Of a stretch of DNA of 64,000 nucleotides, positions 38,552-50,117 are shown piece by piece. Every line of letters begins with the position of its first letter. Position 1 is the first letter of the stretch. Position numbers and translations under genes: made by a program. Where the stretch lies: contig JAQGDQ010000046.1 of NCBI GenBank assembly GCA_030141605.1, positions 852,789 through 916,788 of the forward strand. The letters run 5' to 3'. The notes beneath the pieces are model-generated. The model was not told the DNA's origin and did no database searches. It saw nothing but the letters and a program-made list of their open reading frames with translations. Source of the DNA: Tubiluchus corallicola (Eukaryota; Animalia; Priapulida).

Positions 38552-41095
38552 CTGACACAGTATTTCCCCGCTTTTAATATTTTATTCGTATATGTTATGA
38601 CATATGAGCAATATTTAAATTGAAATGTTGCTCACAAAATTGCTTAAAGGATTTTTTACTGTTTGAAAATTCAGTCAAAATTGTATTTTTAATTTTGCAT
38701 TTCTAAAGAAGTTTATTTCATCATTGTGCATTTGAAGTTGTACTGAAAGCTGTAATCTGTTTGGTCTGTCAACATTATTGACTCATTAATTTGAATGTAA
38801 CAATGTTGTTTAGTGATTTTTGGCAGCAGTGACCTGTTAACCACTTTCTTTAGTTTTAGAGTGGTACATTTTACATTTGCAAAGGTTCCTTGATATTTCC
38901 AATGATTTGTGTTATGTTTTGACTTGCTAAGTGAATACCAATGTTCATGTGTAAGTGAATTGTATTGGAAATAATATGGCATTTTGAGAACACAAATATG
39001 GATATAAGTATGTTGATGAACAAATGGGAAGAAATGATTATGATTAAGAAATGTGTATTTTGCTTGTTTCGTACAGTCGTCATGTCTATTTTAATCTGTT
39101 TGTAAAGGAAATCTGCATTCAGTACAAGTAAACAGAGCAGATGCCATCATATTAGAGTTAACACTACTTTCATTACAAATAGATAAACCTACGAACATGC
39201 AATTATTAATATACCTTGCACAACTGTATAACATATAACCAGAACATGTGGTCGCCAGCACTACACTTTTTATTTTTAGTGAACATGTGCATCTGTAGTG
39301 TAATAAATTTGCTTATGATAACTAAAACTATTTTATTTCAAAAATTAAGTATTTTATATAAATTAGGCAACTTTTTTTGTAACATTAAATTTGTCAACTT
39401 TTATGAGTTTTCAATGGTCTTTTGCTGTTCCTATCTTGCTGACTCTAATTAGTTATATTCTATATAACAAGCAACATCAAACTTTAGGTAGAATGTTAAT
39501 ATCTGCCACATTTTATTGTCTCAACATTTACTACATGCACTAGCTTCTGCTCATTGACTAAAATAGCTTCCGTGAGCCCTCCATATTAACTTGGTGTTGA
39601 CAATTGCACTTTATCGACTTTTAATGGTGCTAACATTCAAGCTAAAAGCAGTGTCAGTTGCCAGTATTGATTCAAGATTATCAAATAACTTGGTTGAAGT
39701 TGTATGTTGCTATCAAGCTTTATTTGGAGTGCTAAATTGTCCTTGGGGTTTAAAAGACTGTTAGTTACACCTAACTATATGTCTTGGATAACATTACATC
39801 AAGATAATAAATTAGTGTCTAGGTACCACAAGCAATTTATCAACACAACAGTGAAGCCTTTTTTGTTTTTGCGACTGCTTTGTTTCTATAGCAACCAGTG
39901 TCCACTTTCACTATGTTTTATTTTCACTATATTAAGATCAAATGGAGCAAAGTAACTGAATGTGCATGTGTGTCTCGTACAAAAACTGGTGATGCAGAGC
40001 ACCATCCTAAGAAAACATTAAAAAGCTTTTATTAGTGCAACCTGGCTTTCCAAGACAGGCTACTACTCCTCTTACAGGGCTTTGTGTGTATATAAGTCAC
40101 AAAAACCACTTATGTAGGAGTTGTAGTCAAAAATGCTTTACAACTGTTATTCTAAAAATTAACAACTTATAACAACCTACAATCAAAAGTGTTTGTTATT
40201 TCCTGCTCAATTAAACACAGTTGAGCATTTGGCTTCTTTGTGCTTCTGCATCAGTGACATCAATAACTTTAAATAAACAAGCATTGGTGTCAACAGTGGA
40301 ATGACATTGTTGCTTGTTAGTTATAACCCTTTCGCGTCAGGCTACATTGAAACTCATTTTATACATACAGTGATAATTACTTTACCAAAACAGTGAGTTA
40401 AACAAAAATGTTGTTACAAGACATTGCACAATAATCCTTGTTGCCACTATGTTACTTGGTGACATTATCAATACTGTTGTTACATTTTATCATTAGTATC
40501 TTATCAGCAATGTCAAATGTGACTCTATGTGTAAGGTGATCACTGTTTATATAAATGCACTATCCGTGTAATGTGGGTAAAATCAATGCAGGTAACACAC
40601 AACATTATTAAGCACCTGCACATGTCAGGAAGCTGTGTGCGCACAGGTAAATTTTGCGATCAACATCAAGCAGATGACAGTGTTGACAGCTATTCACATG
40701 ACCATGCGTCTCTGGCTCAATGGTGTTTCTAAGTAATAGCATTAATGCAACTGCAGCCTAATAGTGGTTTATGTTTGCAGCAGCCTTATACGTGTTTACA
40801 TGTTTGTGCAAAACGAGCTAATTAAAGCCCGTACTCGGTGTCATAATATGGGAATAAAAATGTTTATAGTTGAGCTCTAGTGTGGCCTAAACAGTTAAGT
40901 GAAGCTTATCAATGTCAAACTCTCAGCTTTTTACTTCTCTTGCAAGATTTAGTTATTTCACCACATGGGTCTGAAAAGAGTACTACAATGAAAATAATGA
41001 CTTCTACTAAATGTGATATTACGAATCTCCAGTGACCTCACAAAATGAGTTAAACCTTCACACATCTAAGATTTTGTAAAGTGGACAGTTTCGAC

Positions 41096-44000
41096 ATGAA
41101 AATGGATTATATGGCCAGTAGCAAACGTAATTGCTACGATGCAGGTTAGTGTTCTTTTTAGGAGTAATTTACTACAAACGTGCTTGATGTGCATATTTTT
41201 ATATCTTATTGTGTAGGATTAGTTCCGAAACTCTACAGTGAACAATAGGGTGCTTAAAGAAGTCGATTGAACTGAAAATTAATGGAGCATGCAACCCCTT
41301 TGACACTGCTAGTTTCCCCTCAGCTATATCAGACTGAAAACCAAATTATCCTAGCAGACCTATGTAACTCTCATCAGGCTCATAATACCTGATTTTTCAA
41401 ACACAGCCTGTACTGTGCAGCATTGTGGTTGCTAATCCAAGTACAATGCAGCCCATTTGCTGCTTGACAAGTGCATTAGTGCCACTTTTACCCACATGGT
41501 ATAAATCTTCTGATAATCTGTATATACTATAGTGCATTTTTTTTATTTCAGCTTTTTATGGAGACCTGATGTCACTACAGAATCACTTAAAGCTCGACAA
41601 AAATAATGTAAGGCTTTCATGTTGAAAACTGTTCATTGTTTCAAAATTTGTTGTCAGTGATGGTAACACAAGCCTAACACATATAGGAAGAAGAACGGGA
41701 CTATGTACATTTAACTACTTTACTAGAATTAGAAAATTTCAAAACACACACACACAGTGCATACTTATAAACAACGTTCCAAAATATTTGTTTTGTTGGC
41801 TTGGATAATTTTGGTTTGAAAATAAGAGTTAGTGCATTTTTATTTTGTGTACATGTCGTTCAAGCACTTAACCATCTGTTTCAGTTAACTCAATTGGTAA
41901 CTTAAATGACAACCAAAACATTGTTTTTCAGACGCTGAATGGCCTAGACAAATTTGGACACACAGCCCTGCACAAAGCGGCAATGAATGGTCATGTGGAC
42001 TGTGTGAAATTTCTTTTCCGAGAAGGTGCCACAATCAATATCCCTGATTTGGCAGGTATTCTGATAGAGAAAATAGTCATCAAATGCTCGTAAACTTCAT
42101 GTTTCTTAATGTTTACCGATGTCACAGGCTGATGTCATACTGAACAACACACGTCTCAAAATGTCATTATTAGTGTCTACCATCGTCTTAAAATGCATTG
42201 CACAATCTCCATTACATAAAATTTGCTGCAAAAGCAAATATGCTGCAATGACATCTTTCTATGCATGGTTGTAATAAAAAAGGGCAAACTTCCAACCTTG
42301 GTTAATTTGGTTAATTCCTCAGGTGCTACTGATGTTGCTCATAGAGTGTTATTGAAACTTGATGAAGCAGCATGTCACAGATGACTCATGATAAATCACG
42401 TTGCTTATTTTCATGCTACAAGTAAATGCAAAAAAAGACTCTAGACTACGTTAGTCTAAAGTCTAAAAGACTCTAAACATATAAGATCAGATTCTCTTCA
42501 AATTCAATCAACATTTAAACTCACAAGATTTCTGGTACATTTCTCTTTATGTGCAGCAAATCTGCTATCATTTTTTTGTTCAATGCACCTATAATGTCTA
42601 CCTTTTTGCCTGACAAAACTGAACTGTTTTGACCAACGTTTTACCAAAAATTGCGACTAGTTTCGCCCTGAATCGATTCGTATCATCTCAATCTCGGACA
42701 TGGCATTTGTTTCCAAGAATACCATCTGCTGCTTTGAAAAGATGCAAGACAAATTGTCTTCTGTGTTACTGAACATCTGTATGGCCAGCTCCAACTTACT
42801 GTGTACACAGAAATTGATTTAGTTAATACTAGCATGCAAAGAACTGGCGAGAAATCAGTCCCTCCACCCTATTAGCGCTTTTTAAAGTTTTTTAAAGCTA
42901 TACTAATATTGGCACATTCAGACATAGAGACTTCTCTCACAACTTTTTGCTCAACTTCTCCCTGACAGAAGTTGCCAAGCCGTTCACACATTGCAACAAG
43001 TTACAAAGTCATTCACTAGTTTCAACAAGTTGTGAGAAAAGTTGCCAAGCCATTTACACGCTGGAACCTTACTCTCAGAGAGAAGTTGTGCAACGAGTTG
43101 GGAGAGAAGTCTCTACGTCTGAATGCATCATAAAGTTTTACTATGTTGCTTGGAACAATAATAGTCACTGATGTGTATTGTGGTTTTTGTTCTTCTAACT
43201 CCAATTTTAATTAAGTTCTTGTTAGTTATTGAGGACATTAATAGATCTTTAAAGTACCCAAGTGAAACCAGATTAACAACTCTTGACATATCCAAGACTT
43301 TTGATGAGGTTTGGCACAGCACATACTTCATAAACTTCATACATGTAGAAATCACAGCTTGGTATTATAATAACAGCTGTTTTATTCTGCATATGAAAAT
43401 GGTTTGAGAAACCAATAAACTGAGAGTGTCAAAGGTTTTGGTGAAACAAGACGAAGCAGATATAGCAAGATGATATTAAATAATTCTCACAAAGAATTTG
43501 TACACACAGTATTGGAATTCACTCGAGATTCATCATGCTAACTGTCCGTACTTACAACATCTTTTGCAGGTCTTCTGCCAATTCACCATGCTGCTGCAAA
43601 TGGCCATTTGCAGACCATTGCTTTCCTGGTTGAAGATTGTGGTGCAGACTTCCGGACTCCTACACGCAAGGGTCGAACTCCTGTGCAGTTAGCAAAACGT
43701 AACAGATGGATAGATGTCGTTAATTACTTCACTCATTTAAACTTTACGTCATGTGGAACCTCAATACATGACGGAGAAACTCTGAACGAAACGGGTAGGT
43801 CAAAGAACTACACATTTATAATTTTATGCTTCTCTAGTGCTCTACAAAAGATACAATCTGGTGATATTATTTGGGCAACATTGACATCGTTATCTTCTTT
43901 AAGCTTTTCAAAAATGCGCAAGTTGTGTTTAGAAAGTAATGTTTATGAAAAACTGACCTAAGCTTTCAAGCATTAAAAAGTTTGTTATAACTTTTAGGTA

Positions 44001-44434
44001 TTTTATATTTTGTAGAAAAAAATGAACATTTTAAAAAAAATTAGTCTGAAATTTTAATAACATGGCTAACCTAATAACACATGATAGGTTAACTGACTTG
44101 ACATGTTTTTGCTATCCATTCTCTCTTCATCAAGGATAACATTTTTACAGAATGAGACATAATTTTACATCAAATCCCTACTTTAACAAGGTAGCTAACT
44201 GTGTTACTATAAAAATATTCTTTTTATGTACTTGGATATAAGTAATAAATTTATGCACAGTGTCATTAAGTGCTAGTTATACACACTGCTGTTCTAATGA
44301 AGTTATGAATCAATCTCTCTATTTAGTTAGCAAGAGCGAGAAATCAAATTAGGCAGCTTTTCAAGCTTGTATTTGCAAACAAGCATTTGAAGAACACTAA
44401 GCAACAGATAGTGTGCAAACACACACATAACTAA
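41096..44434 (+). CDS. Small ankyrin-repeat protein (~159-185 aa)
   Basis: Phase-consistent exons 41096-41144, 41552-41607, 41932-42055 and 43570-43794, plus a last exon from 44327 or 44331. Translation: ...CYDAAFYGDL...DKFGHTALHKAAMNGHVDCVKFLFREGATINIPDLAGLLPIHHAAANGHLQTIAFLVEDCGADFRTPTRKGRTPVQLA. The first and last exons are less certain. Confidence 0.85.
42910..43130. mobile_element. Second copy (inverted) of the palindromic PIF/Harbinger-like MITE
   Basis: TGGCACATTCAGACATAGAGACTTCTC...GAGAAGTCTCTACGTCTGAATGCATCA; homologous to 32165-32354. Confidence 0.8.
43220..43325 (+). mobile_element. Short LINE RT fragment
   Basis: Encodes ETRLTTLDISKTFDEVWH, matching the RT motif LDISKAFDxVWH. 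Confidence 0.65.
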
Positions 44435-44875
44435 ACAGGACCTGCAAGAGAAATTTTACAAGGTGATCTAAGACCCCTTTGGTGCTCCAAAGCAGGCAAA
44501 GATTTTTCTCAAAATTGAGGATTCGATGTCCACAAAATCTACGTGTTAACTGTCATAAATGCTTTATTTTCATGATCAGATATAGCATGCTGTAGCAAAC
44601 ATATTCAATTAATGCAGCAACATAAATCTATATTTATGGTTACATTCACTAATCACTCCGTTAGGTTTGTTTTATAGTGAAATGCTTTTTAAACGTTCAT
44701 AATAATTTTTTTCAAAGGAGAATACTTTTCTTTAAAAAATAAAAAAGAAATTTAACATTTAACTAGATTACTAATTAAAATGTGCTTTTCTGGCTTTTTT
44801 GTTTGCAACATTTCTAATAACACTATCAAAATCAATTTGTCTGGCAATGCCAGATCCAATACTCAGTTGTGCTAG

Positions 44876-45601
44876 ATCTGGATTTTCAACATTTTCTTCT
44901 ATTTTTTTTCCAAAATAGAAGGGCCTGCGGAGTCTTTTACAGGAAGTGTATCAAGTCCTACTAGTCCCATCTGAAAGAGTGCCTGCTGTCCTCTTCTCTG
45001 CCTTGCCTCTCTAACTAAACTTTCCTGTCGTTTCGGACATGCTGATTTGTGAAGATACATTCTCATTGGATAGATACAATATAAGTGTATATCGGGCTGG
45101 GGGTAGTAGAAAGTGCTTGTTCTCTAGGGGGTACTGCATGATTGCTGTGGGACTTTCTTAGTTCTTGGGCTCCAAAGCACCTGCTGGACCACTCTCATAT
45201 GCCCTGAAACTAAGAGCCAAAATGTGGCAGTTAGATTTTGCTATTGATTTGCAGTTAGAGTTAATTTGCAGATGCTAGTATGTAGTATGATCTTTTGCAG
45301 TGGCAAGTACAGTTACTCTCTTACTTTGAGCAAACAGCGTTACTGTAAAAAGGATTGAGCAAAATGGTGAACAAAAGAATGCATTGCCTGCTCTTTCATA
45401 CATTTTGCGAGTTACTTTGTTGAACACTGCGTTAAGCTCTTTTCGAAAGGTTTTCAAGGTGAAAACGAAATAAACGTTAGATATCCAGCAGCAAGCGCTA
45501 TTGTTAAAGTTTATTTTCTGCATCCGTCTAGTCTTTCAGTTTCTTTTTTCACTGACATCAAAAGCCGCCTGAGTGAAACCAGGGAAAAATCGTTGAGACA
45601 T
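44876..45601 (-). pseudogene. Possible disrupted two-segment coding relic of unknown identity
   Basis: Frame 45601-45388 has one internal TGA. Frame 45203-44876 follows a tttcag acceptor and has one internal TAG. The two join in phase only through a weak GC donor. No family recognised. Confidence 0.2.
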
Positions 45602-46074
45602 TTCAGTTGTTGCCAAAGCTGAAATCAATATGGTTTTTGAAATGTCACGGACTAATATTTATCAAATGAGAAATGTTAACATTGTAACTTCACTAAATCT
45701 TCAATCAGCTGCATTACGAGACTTAAAAAATAAAATAAAAACAAATAAAAAGCAAATTACTCCGTAAAGTGACATTTCATAATAGAAATTTAAAAACCAA
45801 CACAATTCGTAATAATACTTAAATGAGGTTAGAAATTAAAAAAAGGACAGCATATTCCAGTCGACAATGTTTCTGACGTGGTCAGAAACTGAAGATTTTG
45901 CAAACAATAGTTACAAAATTAATCTTTGAAAAGACATCAGCCTTTTGTCTGAAAGCTATATTTTGATTTTATTAAATTCGCGTTGCTTGATTACCAAGGA
46001 AATTTACTTCACACTTATGCAACTTGTGGCTTTTTTACCCGTAGTTAATGTCAACTAATATGTTGCCAAATTAT

Positions 46075-47055
46075 ACCATTCAATTCACCTCATTGACACA
46101 TTTCACTTGATAAACTACAAGCTAATTTCCGTAGACATTGAAAAGCATTTGCCTCCTCGACCCGTATTTTATCCGTGGTGGGGTCAGTGATGCTCGCCAA
46201 TCTCATCTCAACGTAACTTATATCATTCCATGATTCAATTTGTCTCATTGAAACCTTTCATTTGGTATACTATGAGCCACTATTCTTCAATACTGGCAAC
46301 ACATCTCAGCCGACCCACGTATTTTCGTCCAGTTTTTTGGCTACCCATACATGCAAAAACTCCTAGTCCTAGTCCAGAACTGTAAGTGAAGCCGAATGAC
46401 AAAGTCACTTGCCCCATTTTTTACATTTCCCTATTTTCTCACTTTTTTCACATTTGACCCAGAGGTCACGTTTCCTACACCTGTAGAGGCTCTGAGTACG
46501 TATATCAGGCCTCTACCCCGCAAGTTTCGTGATTCTAGCTATTATCTTTATGGAATTTTGACATGACCCAGTCCCCTATCTTAGGCCTTTAAGAAACTCC
46601 CAGCTTTTTAAAACCCCAGCTGCACAACTACCCTACAATGCCTAAATACTACTAAAAAATATTGGAAACAACTGACAGCGTAGGAGGAAATGCAAATGAA
46701 AATTTCCACGATTGTAGCTAATCGGTGCATACCTTTTGGCAGTCACTACCTCTGTAAATACCCAAACTGCCTGTCTTTCCACTAGTACAACAGTCCTCAA
46801 CTCCGCAAGTGATTTCATATCTGCCTGACAACTTTACGTGCAATGAAAATAAATCTCAAAACAAGTTGTATAGATTCAGTACTGGTTTTTTCTTGAGTTA
46901 GATTTAATCTTACTTGTCACATTGTAAAGGAGTTCAAAAATAACGCATAAAATTATTAACAATTTTCATAAACCACATTTCATTAGAAAGGCAAAAAACT
47001 TATTAGATACCATGTGTCTGAGTGAATGAGTCAGTGATCCGCCTTTTATTAGACC
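46075..47055. repeat. Probable non-autonomous transposon relic (Helitron/Helentron-like) with internal diverged direct repeat
   Basis: attcaatt..ctcattga.ac.tttca.ttg.ta.acta occurs at ~46078 and ~46233. Also caagtttcgtgattctagc and a terminal gagtgaatgagtcagtga...cttttattag, which resemble invertebrate rolling-circle element relics. Confidence 0.35.
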
Positions 47056-47148
47056 TTCCTAAAGGTTACTGTCCCATCTAGCACTAGAGCGGCAACAATA
47101 AGAAGCATCTTCACATTTTTGTAATCTACTATCTGTGAAATTTATATA

Positions 47149-47751
47149 TGTCACAGGCAAAGTGTAAAATCTAGAAATTTCAATTTTATGAAATTTCTAG
47201 GCATTTCATGTAATGCCTATGCATTTTGGGAAAAGTGTGAAATATATGTTTTGGCCAAGACTCTTTCACACTTTTCCTAGACGTTTTGCATAATTGCTAG
47301 GATTTGTATACATTGTATTTCTATATCAAGTAAGCCTGGAGCTGGATTCATCACAGTTCTTAAGTACAATTTTTTTCCTCAACTTGGTTGTGTGCAACTT
47401 GGAATGTTCGTAATGCTATGAACCGAAAAGAAAATAGAAAATTGGCATTTTATATTAGATTAGGATAGACATAGGCAAATTATATGAGAACAACTGAATA
47501 TGTTTTATTTTTAGTTTACCTGCAATTTAATCAGCATTCTATAAAATACCCGGGAAATGTATCTTCAAAACCCAAGGTTACACACTTTGCCTAGACAAAC
47601 TTTTGCATTATATATATAATGTATGGAATAAGTGCAGCAAAATGTTTGCATAAGCGTAGAATGAACTATTTTAGACACTTTACCTAGTTTGTGTTGGTCT
47701 TCTAATAAATGCCTAGAAATTCTATAGAATACCCACACTTTGCCTGTAACA
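47149..47751. mobile_element. MITE with TGT...ACA termini inserted in a TA run
   Basis: TIRs TGTCACAGGCAAAGTGT / ACACTTTGCCTGTAACA flanked by tatata on both sides; internal repeats of cacactttgccta and ctaggcattt. Confidence 0.75.
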
Positions 47752-50117
47752 TATATATATATTTACTAATTAATGTTTTCTATTTTACTAATATGCACAG
47801 CTGTAAACTTTTACAGCTTGTAATATTTCGGAAAGCTTCTATGCTTTTATTGAAATAAATAATATAAATATTTTACTAAAAACAAACGAATTAAAATATA
47901 AGTGCATGTAGAAAAGATAAGCTGTAAAATGCACTGAATTTCTAAGCTTTGCTATGCGATGCTTCACTGGCTCATTTTCTGTTGCAGCTGATCAGCCTCT
48001 CCCAGATGAACAGATCAATGAAGTGAGAGAAGAACAAGACACAGAACATACTCAAATGCAACCAAATCCAGAGAATGGGATTCCACCATTGACTTATGAA
48101 AATACTTAAGGTTTTACATGCTGAGTCCTCTGCATGAAAGAAACAAGTGCACATGGATACCCTAGTCAAGTTCAATCAATTGCTCTGCTACATAAAAATC
48201 TTATGGTCTGGTGCAAAACTGTCTATGCAGGCACACACTGGAAATGATTAAAGAGTTGCCTAGATGCTCAGTTCCCCGGAGAAAAAGTACAAATAACTTA
48301 ACTAACTTAATCAATCAGACACTTTTTGTTAGTGTTAACTGATAAATTACATCGCGACTAAAGAGTTATAATTAAATATGGACTATTTCCAAGATTATCC
48401 ACAACATAAACAGCCCAAGGTGAAGTAAATGACTGTTACAAACACAAACTGTACACCAAAAGATGGCTTAAATTATGCAGATTTTCGTGCAAGTACTAAT
48501 ACACCTGACATGGTATTTCCTTTTATGACTAACAAGCACCTAGCGAGAAAAGAAAACGATGTGATTTACTCTAGAAACGTGAAACCTGACATGAATAGCA
48601 AGCCAAACAGCAGTTTTTCCACAAATAATCTCTTTTGTGATCCTAGGCAAATTGCTTGCTTTGGACTCGTTAGATTCAGGTTTACGTTGCAGTCATGTTG
48701 TCCAACAACAAACATCCATTAGTCTAATAAAGCATCTTAGGTTTATTTATGTGCATGAGGAAATGGATTATAAGACATCACGTGGTAGTGTAATATTATC
48801 ATGAAAATGCACATATTTAAATGCAATACTTGCAAAAGAAAGAGACAAAGTGCAATACAAAGACGTCAATAAGGCTTTCACAATTGGCGAAGGTTCCTAG
48901 CACATGTCCAATAACATCAAGATATAATTTATATTTAGAATGTTACATGGTTAGAATATGCTTAATAACATTACAATAAGCAGTTCTGTGTACATCTTTA
49001 TTCTTGCACATCTTAAATGGCGTGACTTTACTTTCTAGTGAAGTGTAAATACATGAATGTGCACATATTGTAAAGACTGCCACAAAGATGATGACAACTT
49101 TGCAGTGTTTGAAAATAAAATGCAATTTTATTTAACTTGATCACAGCAAGTGCAATAGAGTTTTGCATGCAATAGAATTTTTTTTTAATCAAAGTGTCGT
49201 ACAAACTAACAATATTTTTTGCATTGCTATATATGTTATAGTGTTGGCGCCTTACACTTTGTCAATATATGTTATAGTAATGGCATCTGACACTATGTCA
49301 AAATGCCATACATAGTAACAATATTGTTGCCATTACTATTTGTACTACAGTGTCGGCTTCTTGTGGCCGTCAGTTCAAATTTTACTTTAAATTCTTGGAC
49401 TAAATTGCTTAGGACTATTAGGATACAGTACATACCAGCCATATTTACTTTTTCTGAACATGTTGAACAATGAATATGTTAACTAAATTGAACATTAATG
49501 CTGCATTTTATAGTGAACATGTTCAATGTAATTATATTATTTTAAAGTATACATCTATGCAATTTTAAAGCATTTTCAATATCTGAATATCTGCAATTTC
49601 TTAAAAAATATTACTACGGACTCTTACAACAAATTCTACAACAAACTTTATTTCACATTGCACTTCTAAAAATAATTTATAAATGACACAGTGATACGTG
49701 AGACTCATTTGTAAATTATGCCTTTTAGCAAATGGCAGCAAAACAGAAAATTAAAAAAAAATATTACTATCAAAAAAACAGAAAAGATAACAGGTTAACC
49801 TTTTTTTAATTGTGATCTTTGACCCATCATAAATAAAACTTCGAAAATAATTTAAAACCTAATTGTAACATAACAATAATAATTTCTTCAGCCATGCTGA
49901 TAACTCAGCTTTATTCTTCTTTGAAGAGTTGGCCAAAAATTTCTAAAAGCTGTAACTAGTATATGGCACTACAATTTTAACATTGCAACTATTGTACTCT
50001 TATCACCAACACTCACTTTACACTAAAATGGAATGTCATTTTATCAAAAAACAGCACGGAAACGGCTAATTGAAGTATCCATAATTAGCACAAACATGTT
50101 AAGTAGTTACACAAAGA

